From Minisyncoccia bacterium (GTDB taxonomy: Bacteria; Patescibacteriota; Minisyncoccia; Phycocordibacterales; UBA918), in contig JBKBPM010000001.1 in assembly GCA_046293175.1 (NCBI GenBank), positions 171,446-235,445 of the forward strand: a stretch of DNA of 64,000 bases, in the 5' to 3' direction. How positions within the stretch are numbered: the first letter of the stretch is position 1; each line of letters begins with the position of its first letter. Of the stretch, positions 43,177 to 51,949 are shown in pieces. A program made the position numbers and the translations under genes. The notes under the pieces are model-generated. The model saw only the letters and a program-made list of their open reading frames with translations. It was not told the origin of the DNA and ran no database searches.

Positions 43177-44271
43177 ATGACCATTTTGATCTTTCTCGCT
43201 GTTCTTGTCGTACTTATCTTAGTGCATGAGTGGGGGCATTTTATAACGGCCAAGTGGACGGGGATGCGCGTGGATGAGTTTGGAATTGGCTTTCCACCAA
43301 AGCTCTTTTCGTGGCGCAAGGGTGAGACGGTGTATTCACTTAATGCGCTTCCAATCGGCGGTTTTGTAAAAATTCTAGGTGAAAACGGCGATGGCGATGG
43401 GGAAGTCTTGTCTGTTGCTGATCAGGTCCGTACCTTTAGTGCCAGACCAAAGTGGGCACAGGCTGTTGTGCTTGTGGCCGGTGTGACGATGAACATCTTG
43501 TTGGCGTGGGTGGTTCTGGTGGCTATCCTGATGGTCGGGACAGATGTCCGAGTGGGGTCTGATTCGGTCGCGCCTGATGCGCCACTTTTAATCCTTGGCG
43601 CTGTACCTGGCAGTCCAGCAGAAGATGTGCCACTGAAGGCGACTATTATCTCGGCGGCGCGTGGGGAAGAGACACTTACGACTCCAACCCCTGAATCGTT
43701 TCGCGAATTTGTGACAGCTGGTAATGGTGCACCAATTACGCTCACGTATCAGGCTGGTGAGACAAAATCAACAGTCACGCTGACACCAGAGCGTGGCGTC
43801 GACCCAAGCAATCCTGATGTCGCCATCCTTGGTATTGATACCGGTTATCTCGAAAACCAGCGCTACAGTTTTGGCCCGGCCCTGGTAGAAGGAACCAAGC
43901 AGACCGTGTATATGCTTAAGGCCATTACGGTTGGTCTCATAACCCTCCTTGGTAATGCAATTGTGGGCGAAGCCGACTTCTCGCAAGTGACCGGTCCGGT
44001 TGGTATTGTTGAGCATGTCGGTACCGCAGCCGCTTTTGGTTTTACCTCATTATTGTACTTCACCGCGGTGATATCACTGAACCTCGCGGTCATTAACCTC
44101 CTCCCAGTACCCGCGCTTGATGGGGGAAGACTGGTTTTTGTGGCGATTGAAGCCATCACGAAGCGTCCAATTAACCCTGTCTGGGTTGGACGCCTCAACC
44201 TCCTTGGCTTTGCAGCGTTGATGCTTTTAATGGTGGTAGTCACTTATAACGACATCCTTAAGTTGTTCTAA
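43177..44271 (+). CDS. rseP: Site-2 (RIP) metalloprotease RseP
   Basis: HEWGH, PIGGFV, PDZ, NLLPVPALDGG. Confidence 0.94.
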   Translation: MTILIFLAVLVVLILVHEWGHFITAKWTGMRVDEFGIGFPPKLFSWRKGETVYSLNALPIGGFVKILGENGDGDGEVLSVADQVRTFSARPKWAQAVVLVAGVTMNILLAWVVLVAILMVGTDVRVGSDSVAPDAPLLILGAVPGSPAEDVPLKATIISAARGEETLTTPTPESFREFVTAGNGAPITLTYQAGETKSTVTLTPERGVDPSNPDVAILGIDTGYLENQRYSFGPALVEGTKQTVYMLKAITVGLITLLGNAIVGEADFSQVTGPVGIVEHVGTAAAFGFTSLLYFTAVISLNLAVINLLPVPALDGGRLVFVAIEAITKRPINPVWVGRLNLLGFAALMLLMVVVTYNDILKLF

Positions 44272-44272
44272 C

Positions 44273-44390
44273 GGGGTCACAAAACCCACCGTGACTTTGT
44301 TGCGTTGCGCTCGTCAACGTTCAATGTACAACCACGTACACCTCACATTGACTCGCTAACGCGTCTCGTCACAACGCTTTTTGAGACCAC
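44273..44390. repeat. Structured palindromic element, copy D
   Basis: Arms ggggtcacaaaa..gtgac / gtcac..tttttgagaccac; core ctttgttg...tcaatgtac...gtacacctca...cgtctcg. Confidence 0.8.
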
Positions 44391-44435
44391 TTCAGCGCAC
44401 AGTTGTCGTATTTTTATAAATGAAAGCTTACGAGT

Positions 44436-45034
44436 AAGCAAAAACTTTCTATCATACATGATAGAAAGTTTTTGCTTCAAATACTAAATTTTTATCGGTT
44501 TTTCATTTATCATATATGATAGAATGAAATCATGAAAAGAAAGCCCAGTGATCTATCAGCAGCCGATCAACTTTTTACACGTAAGATACTATTTGAAGCA
44601 GCAAAAACTGCCAAAACAAATAAACAGCTAGAGAAATTTTTAGAAGGCCTCTTAACGCCAAGCGAACAGATTATGCTTGGGCGAAGAATCTGGATTTCGC
44701 GTATGCTCCTTGAGCAAAAGCGGTATGATGAAATTGGCGCACGTCTTCATGTTGGTCCGAATACCGTTACAAAAATCGAGCTATGGTTACGTGGTTTACT
44801 TCCTGATTATGGTAAGTATCTCGAGAAGGAAGTTAAAGTTGAAACAATCAAAAGACGTAAACGCATGGCAAAAGAAAACCCTTATGGTCTCACTGCTCTA
44901 AAAATGAAATATCCAATGCATTTCCTCCTCTTTCCCTGGCCAAAAGGCTGATTCTCTTTCTATCATATATGATAGAAAGACCCCGTGTTAGTTTTTTAGT
45001 TGAATTTTCATTCTATCATATATGATAAAATGAA
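44436..45034. promoter_or_regulatory. Four TATCATAYATGATA palindromes (44436-77, 44501-29, 44955-80, 45007-34) bracketing the TrpR-like gene
   Basis: Read directly from the sequence; the second site overlaps the TGATAGAAT extended -10 located 6 nt before ATG 44532. Confidence 0.75.
44532..44951 (+). CDS. TrpR-like (YerC/YecD) HTH protein
   Basis: FLEGLLTPSEQIMLGRRIWISRMLL...YDEIGARLHVGPNTVTKI. Confidence 0.85.
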   Translation: MKRKPSDLSAADQLFTRKILFEAAKTAKTNKQLEKFLEGLLTPSEQIMLGRRIWISRMLLEQKRYDEIGARLHVGPNTVTKIELWLRGLLPDYGKYLEKEVKVETIKRRKRMAKENPYGLTALKMKYPMHFLLFPWPKG

Positions 45035-45092
45035 TGAGAGCATAGAAGCCCTTGAATAATGGGCGAGCGGGGGATATATAAATAATATAACG

Positions 45093-45150
45093 AAAAAACC
45101 AACCGAAGGTTTTTCGGTTGGTGGTGGGGCGGGCTTTCGGCCCGCCCAAA
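45093..45150 (-). terminator. Tandem hairpin terminator
   Basis: accaaccgaa..ttcggttggt and gggcgggc-tttcg-gcccgccc, A-run on +. Confidence 0.6.
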
Positions 45151-45155
45151 CCATT

Positions 45156-45611
45156 TCACGGTTTCGTCTGCAGAACTCTGTCGGAGTGCTTCAAAAGCCC
45201 GTCGACCATTATTTGCTCCTCGAGGAGGGCTTTCATTCCATAGACCGAAAAGCGTATGAGAGAGTACTCATCGACGGTCATCATGGCATCAAAACATTCG
45301 ATCGCCTCTTGGCAACGATGTGCCCAGGCAATCACAGCAGCATCGGCCGCCGCCAGTTCGGTATCGAGAGCCTTGACCAGAGAAGCCATTTTCACCGGGA
45401 TTTCTTCCTGTTCGAGGAGTAGTGCCTCGCGGATTGAGACATCACCCTCATAGGTAGCGATTTGTTCGGAAAGATTTTCTTGCCTCTCGACGAGGTGTTG
45501 CACCTCATCGACTACAGCGCTGAGGCTGTCAAGCGACGGTGGGTCCTCTGCCTGTGCCGGCAGTACTGCAGTCGCAAGCAGAGTCAAGGCCAATATAATC
45601 TTGCAGATCAT
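45156..45611 (-). CDS. Secreted coiled-coil hypothetical protein
   Basis: Signal peptide ..PAQA, AAAGGGAG SD, TTGACA upstream. Confidence 0.7.
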   Translation of the reverse strand: MICKIILALTLLATAVLPAQAEDPPSLDSLSAVVDEVQHLVERQENLSEQIATYEGDVSIREALLLEQEEIPVKMASLVKALDTELAAADAAVIAWAHRCQEAIECFDAMMTVDEYSLIRFSVYGMKALLEEQIMVDGLLKHSDRVLQTKP

Positions 45612-45793
45612 GGTCAGCTACTCCCTTTAGTTGTTCAAACATGTCCTCCGCTGAGGCTCCGTTCATATATCAGCACGATTAAAACTATATGTCAATTAAG
45701 TATGCGAAATATTTTGGCCATTGATTGGGGGATGTGGTACACTTCAAATACTTATTCGGAGGTAATTTTACCTTCCCGAATTAACCATTTCAC

Positions 45794-45896
45794 ACACCAA
45801 AGTAATCTTTTGGCAGCAAAACTACGCTTCGTCCTCACCATATCTCGATATGACTCGGACTCCAGCTTGTTTTTCGCTCAAAATATTACTTGGTGT
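45794..45896. repeat. Compact divergent member (copy G) of the structured element family, upstream of proS
   Basis: Arms acaccaaagtaatcttttg / caaaatattacttggtgt; core cttcgtcc-tcac-catat..atatg-actc-ggac-tccag parallels tcaa-tgtac..gtaca-cctc. Confidence 0.55.
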
Positions 45897-45936
45897 TATA
45901 GTGAAAGCGTTAATTAGGGAAGGTAGTAGGATTTTT

Positions 45937-47199
45937 ATGCGCCAATCAAAACTCTTCACGAAGACAAAAAAGGAAGTACCAGCCGACGAGACGTCAAAGA
46001 ACGCTCAGCTCTTGCTGCAAGCGGGCTTTATCTACAAAAACATGGCCGGAGTGTATACTTTCTTGCCACTTGGTCTTCGGGTGATCGAAAAAATCAACAC
46101 GATTATTCGTCGTGAAATGGCAGCTATTGGTACCCAAGAAATGTACATGCCGAGTCTCCAAAACCCCGAACTCTGGAAGAAGAGTAATCGCTGGAGTGAT
46201 GAGTTGGTTGACGTGTGGTTCAAATCTGAGCTGCGCGCTGGTGGCGACGTCGGTTTTGCTTGGACGCATGAAGAGGTGATCACTGATGTAATGCGTCAAT
46301 ACGTGTCATCCTACAAAGATCTCCCATTTGCGGCGTACCACATTCAGACCAAGTTCCGTAATGAGATGCGCGCGAAGAGTGGCATCATGCGTACCCGTGA
46401 GTTTTGGATGAAAGACGCTTACTCCTTCTCAGCGGATGAAGCGCAACACAATGCCTACTACGAAGCCTGTGCGGAAGCCTATATGCGTATCTTTAATGAG
46501 ATTGGTATCGGTAACAAAACGTACAAGACTTTTGCCTCCGGTGGCGCTTTCACTAAGTTCTCGCATGAATTCCAGACCCTCGCTGAAGCCGGTGAGGATA
46601 TTGTGTATGTCTGTGAAGAGAAGGGTATCGCGGTGAATGCCGAAGTTTTGGCGGATGCGGATCTGAGCGAACTGGGTGTCACTCGCGAGGAGCTTATCGA
46701 ACGTAAGAGTATTGAAGTGGGAAATATCTTCTCTCTTGGTACCAAGTTCTCTGAAGCAATTGGATTGATGTTCAAAGATGAGGCTGGGACTGAGCGACCC
46801 GTTATTATGGGCTCATACGGTATTGGTCCCGCCCGGGCGATGGGAACCGTCGTTGATTTGCTTAGTGACGAGAAGGGTATTGTCTGGCCAAAGAGTATTG
46901 CGCCGTACCTCGTTCACCTCGTTGCACTTAATAACGAAGAAGGCGAAATCCGTGACTGGGCTGATGGTCTTTATGCGAACCTGCAGGCGGCAGGAGTTGA
47001 AGTCCTTTACGATGACCGTGATGCCCGTGCCGGTGAGAAGTTTGCTGACAGTGACCTTATTGGTCTCCCATACCGCGTGGTTGTGAGTAAGAAGGGTAAA
47101 GCTGAAGGTCTCTACGAAGTCGTCGAACGTGTAACCGGTGAGGTGAAGAAAGTAAGTGAAACCGAACTTTTTGCACTCCTTGGAGTCGCCACTGTCTAG
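45937..47199 (+). CDS. proS: Proline--tRNA ligase (no INS editing domain)
   Basis: MRQSKLF, THEEVI, KFRNEMRAKSGIMRTREF, MGSYGIG, WPKSIAPY; start ATG 45937. Confidence 0.96.
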   Translation: MRQSKLFTKTKKEVPADETSKNAQLLLQAGFIYKNMAGVYTFLPLGLRVIEKINTIIRREMAAIGTQEMYMPSLQNPELWKKSNRWSDELVDVWFKSELRAGGDVGFAWTHEEVITDVMRQYVSSYKDLPFAAYHIQTKFRNEMRAKSGIMRTREFWMKDAYSFSADEAQHNAYYEACAEAYMRIFNEIGIGNKTYKTFASGGAFTKFSHEFQTLAEAGEDIVYVCEEKGIAVNAEVLADADLSELGVTREELIERKSIEVGNIFSLGTKFSEAIGLMFKDEAGTERPVIMGSYGIGPARAMGTVVDLLSDEKGIVWPKSIAPYLVHLVALNNEEGEIRDWADGLYANLQAAGVEVLYDDRDARAGEKFADSDLIGLPYRVVVSKKGKAEGLYEVVERVTGEVKKVSETELFALLGVATV

Positions 47200-47200
47200 T

Positions 47201-48277
47201 ATGGCTAAAATGTCGCGCCTCATCCAGAAGATTCTCGGATCTTTCTCAACCGACATTGGTATCGATCTTGGTACCGCCAATACCCTCTTGTATGTCAAAG
47301 GCAAGGGGATTGTTCTTAATGAACCAACGATTGTGGCCGTTAACAAAAAAACGGGACAACTCGTCGCGGTTGGGAATGAGGCCCGGGTGATGCAAGGCCG
47401 CACTCCGAGTCATATCGAAGTGGTGCGTCCACTGGTTGATGGCGTGATTTCAGACTTTGAGGTGACCGAAGAAATGCTCGCGTACCTTATCAACAAAGTG
47501 CGGAGTGAAATGCGTACCTTTATTGCTCCGCGTGTGTTGGTTGGTGTGCCATCAGGAATTACAAACGTGGAAATGCGGGCCGCCCGAGATGCTGCTCGCA
47601 ACGCCGGAGCGCGCGAAGTCTTTCTCATCGAAGAACCAATGGCCGCCGCCATTGGTGCAAAGCTCCCAATTGGCAAAGCGGCTGGTAACATGATTATTGA
47701 TATTGGTGGTGGAACAACTGATATTGCGGTCATCTCTATCAACGGTATCGTTGTGGCCAAAAATCTCCGGGTCGCCGGTGACCATCTCACTGCCGCTATC
47801 ATGTCGTACATCCGCGACCAGTTTAAGGTGTATGTCGGGGAAAAAACGGCCGAAGACGTGAAAATTCTTCTCGCTGCTATCGAAGCACCCGAAGGTGGGA
47901 AGGAGCATGTGGTGCGTGGTCGTGATGTGATTACCGGCCTTCCACGCGAAGTGGTTATCACCGATAGTGATGTCCGTGACGCCATAGCTTCACAAGTAGA
48001 CACTATCGTGGAGTCGGTTCGCGGTGTCCTTGAACAAACACCACCCGAGGTGATGGCTGACATTATGCAGCGTGGTATACATATATCAGGTGGTGGGGCA
48101 CTAATCCCAGGCCTCAAGCAACTCCTTGAAGAAGTGCTTGAAGTCCCCGTCATCATTGTTCCAGACCCCCTGCGGGCTGTCATCCGAGGCGCTGGTATCG
48201 TCATCGAAAACTTAGAACTCTATGAAGAATTACTTATCGACAAAGAAGGGGAGCTCTCGCCAAACCTCCTTACCTAA
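47201..48277 (+). CDS. mreB: Rod shape-determining protein MreB
   Basis: IGIDLGTANT, EEPMAAAIGA, DIGGGTT. Confidence 0.96.
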   Translation: MAKMSRLIQKILGSFSTDIGIDLGTANTLLYVKGKGIVLNEPTIVAVNKKTGQLVAVGNEARVMQGRTPSHIEVVRPLVDGVISDFEVTEEMLAYLINKVRSEMRTFIAPRVLVGVPSGITNVEMRAARDAARNAGAREVFLIEEPMAAAIGAKLPIGKAAGNMIIDIGGGTTDIAVISINGIVVAKNLRVAGDHLTAAIMSYIRDQFKVYVGEKTAEDVKILLAAIEAPEGGKEHVVRGRDVITGLPREVVITDSDVRDAIASQVDTIVESVRGVLEQTPPEVMADIMQRGIHISGGGALIPGLKQLLEEVLEVPVIIVPDPLRAVIRGAGIVIENLELYEELLIDKEGELSPNLLT

Positions 48278-49181
48278 AGGGGTACGGATTACGGTACTTC
48301 TCCTGATTGCTGGACTGGTGCTTTTGTATATTCTGCCAAAGCTTGTTTTTGGCGTGGTCTCGGTTGTGCTTTATCCCTTTGAGTCGATGCGGTCATGGAT
48401 TCTTGAGTCACAGGATTCACTTCCATATTATTTGCGCGATCGCTACGAACTCATCAAACATATTGAAGAGCTAGAACAAAAAGTCGCCGTTAGTGGTGGT
48501 ACCGAAAACACTCTCACGAAACTGAAAACTGAAAACGAACAGTTCCGCCTTCTTTGTGAAGCGGTGCCAGATGAGCGCGTTATTGCTCGGGTAGTTGGTC
48601 GTCCGCCCAAACTTCCATACGATGTGGTGATGCTTGATCGTGGAAAAGACCATGGCGTAGTCGAAGAAGCGCCAGTGTTTGTAGGGAGTGACCAAATTAT
48701 TGGGTACGTCTCACGGGTGTACGAACGCACCTCACTCGTCACACTCGTATCAACCGCACAGTTTGAATCGATGGCGTACATCATTGGGCCGAATATTTAT
48801 ACTTATGCCCGTGGTGTCGGTGGGGGAATGATGCGGGTCGTCGTGCCTCAGGGTATTCCGTTGAATGTGGGTGATACGGTGATTTTGCCAGCGATTGATT
48901 CTGGTGTGTATGGCACTATTGCCTATATCGAGACTTCGCCAACCCAGCCAGAGCAATACGGTTATGTGCCGATGGCTAATAATCTTCAGAGTGTGCAGTA
49001 TGTGTCTGTAGGACGTGAGCCGATTGTGCCACATACCTATGAAGAAGCCGAAGAATTGGTCGATAATCTCCGGCACTCGCTCTTTGCAGTGAATCTGCCA
49101 CCAGGAGTTCTGGTGTCACCTGAACTCGCCAGTAGTACCATTAGTACACCATCAACGTCCAAAGCAACAACCACACCATAA
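48222..49181 (+). CDS. mreC: Rod shape-determining protein MreC
   Basis: TM, coiled coil (LKTENEQFR), ARVVGR..LDRGKDHGV; follows mreB. Confidence 0.88.
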   Translation: MKNYLSTKKGSSRQTSLPKGVRITVLLLIAGLVLLYILPKLVFGVVSVVLYPFESMRSWILESQDSLPYYLRDRYELIKHIEELEQKVAVSGGTENTLTKLKTENEQFRLLCEAVPDERVIARVVGRPPKLPYDVVMLDRGKDHGVVEEAPVFVGSDQIIGYVSRVYERTSLVTLVSTAQFESMAYIIGPNIYTYARGVGGGMMRVVVPQGIPLNVGDTVILPAIDSGVYGTIAYIETSPTQPEQYGYVPMANNLQSVQYVSVGREPIVPHTYEEAEELVDNLRHSLFAVNLPPGVLVSPELASSTISTPSTSKATTTP

Positions 49182-49182
49182 T

Positions 49183-49446
49183 ATGTTCTCTTGGCCTCTT
49201 CGAATCATTATGTTTTTTGTTACAACACTCTGTTTTCTATACGGAGCGTATGTGGTTGGTCTTATTTTTGTTATTCTCCTCTCATTACAATATCGCGCCT
49301 ACGAATTTATAGCGCTCGCGTTCTGTATCGACTGTTACTTTTCGCCCGAGCCAATTATGTTTTGGTACACCACAGTAATTACCATTATGGTGTTTTTTGG
49401 GATTTTCCTGCAGCCGTTCATTCGTCGTAATGGACGGTATGAATAA
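49183..49446 (+). CDS. Small membrane protein in the MreD position
   Basis: Hydrophobic 87 aa between mreC and PBP2. Confidence 0.6.
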   Translation: MFSWPLRIIMFFVTTLCFLYGAYVVGLIFVILLSLQYRAYEFIALAFCIDCYFSPEPIMFWYTTVITIMVFFGIFLQPFIRRNGRYE

Positions 49447-49451
49447 TAATT

Positions 49452-51152
49452 ATGTGGCGACGCAAAACACAACAAACTGTTGAGTTCGATGAAATCCTCA
49501 TGGATGTATCGAACCTCCCAGCCTTTAATACTGGTCGCCTTGAGGGACGACGCGAACTACCAATTACCAAGCGGAGTATCTTTCTCGTTGGTCTCATTTT
49601 TAGTTTTATTGCTCTTGCCTTTCTCTCAAAGATTTATAGTTTACAAATAGTGGAGGGTGCCAAGTACCGCGAGATTAGTGAAAACAACAGTCTCAATCGT
49701 ACCGTTATTATTGCTGAGCGAGGCGTCGTGTATGACCGTCGTGGTGAACTAGTGATTTGGAACGAGCCTGATTTTACAGGGCAATACTCGTTTCCTGTTC
49801 GGGCTTACACCGATCGTCTTGGTATGGGGCAACTCATTGGGTACGTGAGTTATCCGCAAAAAGATAAAAAGGGCGTCTACTACCGTACCGAGTACGTTGG
49901 CCGGACCGGGGTGGAAAGTGCATTTGAGTCATACTTGCGCGGCCAAAATGGCGAGCAGATAATCGAAGAGGATGTGCATGGCACCGTGGTGGGAGAATAC
50001 GCGCTTAAAGCGCCTGTGCCCGGCGGTGAACTGCATCTCTCGGTTGATGCGGGGCTCTCTGAGGCCATGTACCAGATTATTTCGACCTCCAGTGCCCAGG
50101 CTGGTTTCCGGAGTGGAGCGGGTGCCATTATGGATGTATATACCGGTGAGATTATCGCGATGACCAGTTTTCCATCTTATGACCCAGAGGTAATGGCCGA
50201 TGGCGACAATACCGATTTGATTTCGTCTTACAACACTGACGACCGCCTACCGTTCCTCAATAAGGTGGTGAGTGGTGTCTATACCCCAGGATCAATCGTA
50301 AAGCCGTTTGTGGCGTATGGAGCACTTGCCGAAGATATCATTAGTCCAAACAAAGAAATTGTTTCAACCGGTGAAATTGTTATTCCAAATCCATACAATC
50401 CCGATCAACCTTCGATTTTTCGTGACTGGCGCGCTCATGGAGTGATGACGATGCGTGAAGCAATTGCGTTTTCATCTAACGTTTATTTCTATATTGTCGG
50501 TGGTGGCTTTGGAGATCAAAAGGGACTGGGTATCACAAAGCTTGCTGAGTACTATCGCAAATTTGGGATGGGGAGTATCACCGGTATCAATCTAGCTACC
50601 GAACAAGAAGGGGTGGTGCCTGACCCAGAGTGGAAACAAAAAACCTTTAATGATGATTGGCGGCTTGGGGACACGTACTTCACCTCTATTGGGCAGTATG
50701 GCTTTCAGGTGACACCACTGCAGATGCTTCGAGCGTATGCTGCGCTCGCTAATGGTGGGAAACTCCTTACTCCACATGTCGTGAAGGGACAAGTGAGTTC
50801 TTCGACAGATCTCGGCTTAAATCCCAATTATCTAAAAATCATACACGAAGGTATGCGTAAGAGCGTGATCTTTCCTGGTGGTACGGCACGTGGTCTCGAA
50901 CGCAGTGATGTAGCGGTAGCGGCAAAATCTGGTACTGCCGAAATTGGTGCTGGTAACGCGTACGTGAATTCTTGGGCGGCTGGTTTTTGGCCATACGAAG
51001 AACCACGCTACGCTTTTATTCTCATGATGGATAAAGCGCCACGGAGTAATGCGCTTGGTGCGACTCGTATCATGGGTGGGGTAATGGAATGGATAGCGCA
51101 GAATCGACCGGAGTATCTAAACCCAACCAGTACGCCGATGGTAGGTGGATAA
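49452..51152 (+). CDS. mrdA: Penicillin-binding protein 2 (class B transpeptidase)
   Basis: AERGVVYDR, SIVK (SxxK), SSN, KSGT; mre operon. Confidence 0.9.
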   Translation: MWRRKTQQTVEFDEILMDVSNLPAFNTGRLEGRRELPITKRSIFLVGLIFSFIALAFLSKIYSLQIVEGAKYREISENNSLNRTVIIAERGVVYDRRGELVIWNEPDFTGQYSFPVRAYTDRLGMGQLIGYVSYPQKDKKGVYYRTEYVGRTGVESAFESYLRGQNGEQIIEEDVHGTVVGEYALKAPVPGGELHLSVDAGLSEAMYQIISTSSAQAGFRSGAGAIMDVYTGEIIAMTSFPSYDPEVMADGDNTDLISSYNTDDRLPFLNKVVSGVYTPGSIVKPFVAYGALAEDIISPNKEIVSTGEIVIPNPYNPDQPSIFRDWRAHGVMTMREAIAFSSNVYFYIVGGGFGDQKGLGITKLAEYYRKFGMGSITGINLATEQEGVVPDPEWKQKTFNDDWRLGDTYFTSIGQYGFQVTPLQMLRAYAALANGGKLLTPHVVKGQVSSSTDLGLNPNYLKIIHEGMRKSVIFPGGTARGLERSDVAVAAKSGTAEIGAGNAYVNSWAAGFWPYEEPRYAFILMMDKAPRSNALGATRIMGGVMEWIAQNRPEYLNPTSTPMVGG

Positions 51153-51218
51153 GTCGCTGTGTTGACCATCACCCGGAAGTCCGTATAATAGTGTTACATT
51201 ACTTGTATAACGTTCTAT

Positions 51219-51689
51219 ATGACTGACCAGCAATCGTTCCTTACTGCCGAAAAGTTCGCAGAATTGAAACAAGAACTCGACCACCTGAAGACTGTCCGCC
51301 GCAAAGAAGTGGCAGAGTCACTCGAATACGCTCGCAGTCTCGGTGACCTCTCAGAAAATGCTGAATACCAAGAAGCCCGTGATATGCAGGCTGCTATTGA
51401 GGAACGTATCACTCACCTCGAAAAAGTTATTAAAGAAGCGAAGATTGTCTCGCACGACAAGAAAGGTGACATCGTAGTTATGGGTTCTACCGTAACGATT
51501 GTGAAGGACAAAGAAAAAGATAGTCGCACCTACACAATGGTTGGTTCAGAAGAAGCGAACATCCACGAGCATAAGCTTTCATATCTCTCACCACTTGGTG
51601 AAGCTCTCATGGGGAAGGCGAAGGGTGATGAGTTTGTGTTTGAGACTCCAGCGGGCAAACAAAAGTACAAAGTACTTAAGGTCGAATAA
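51219..51689 (+). CDS. greA: Transcription elongation factor GreA
   Basis: GDLSENAEY, SPLGEALMG. Confidence 0.96.
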   Translation: MTDQQSFLTAEKFAELKQELDHLKTVRRKEVAESLEYARSLGDLSENAEYQEARDMQAAIEERITHLEKVIKEAKIVSHDKKGDIVVMGSTVTIVKDKEKDSRTYTMVGSEEANIHEHKLSYLSPLGEALMGKAKGDEFVFETPAGKQKYKVLKVE

Positions 51690-51690
51690 C

Positions 51691-51812
51691 AGTTGTCCAT
51701 AAAATGTCCAGCTACGGTGTTGCACTACGCTCGACGTCAGTCATCGTACAATAAGTACGCCTCCTTCCGCCTCGCTTATGCGCCTTGTATCTGGAGCATT
51801 TTCTGAACAACT
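51691..51812. repeat. Structured palindromic element, copy E
   Basis: Arms agttgtccataaaatgtccagctac / gtatctggagcattttctgaacaact; core ggtgttg...tcatcgtac...gtacgcctcc...cgccttg. Confidence 0.82.
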
Positions 51813-51868
51813 TGAGTGATATAATGAGTCTTACAGTAATACTTGAGAGTTTGAATATGTAGACTACA

Positions 51869-51906
51869 ACACAAAGAGTGGCACCTGCGGGTGCCGCTCT
51901 TTGTGT
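51869..51906 (+). terminator. Terminator-like hairpin between greA and lysS
   Basis: acacaaagagtggcacc-tgcg-ggtgccgctctttgtgt. Confidence 0.6.
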
Positions 51907-51949
51907 ATCTCTTTATAAAAAGCAAAAATTAAGCTACTATAGCAGTATT

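Noticed and set aside
51691-51906. T-box riboswitch upstream of lysS (gagtggcacctgcg resembles the T-box bulge)
   Set aside because: The motif lies inside the terminator stem instead of forming a separate antiterminator, no Stem I specifier loop is evident, the upstream hairpin belongs to the dispersed family, and lysS has its own -10 box next to its ATG.
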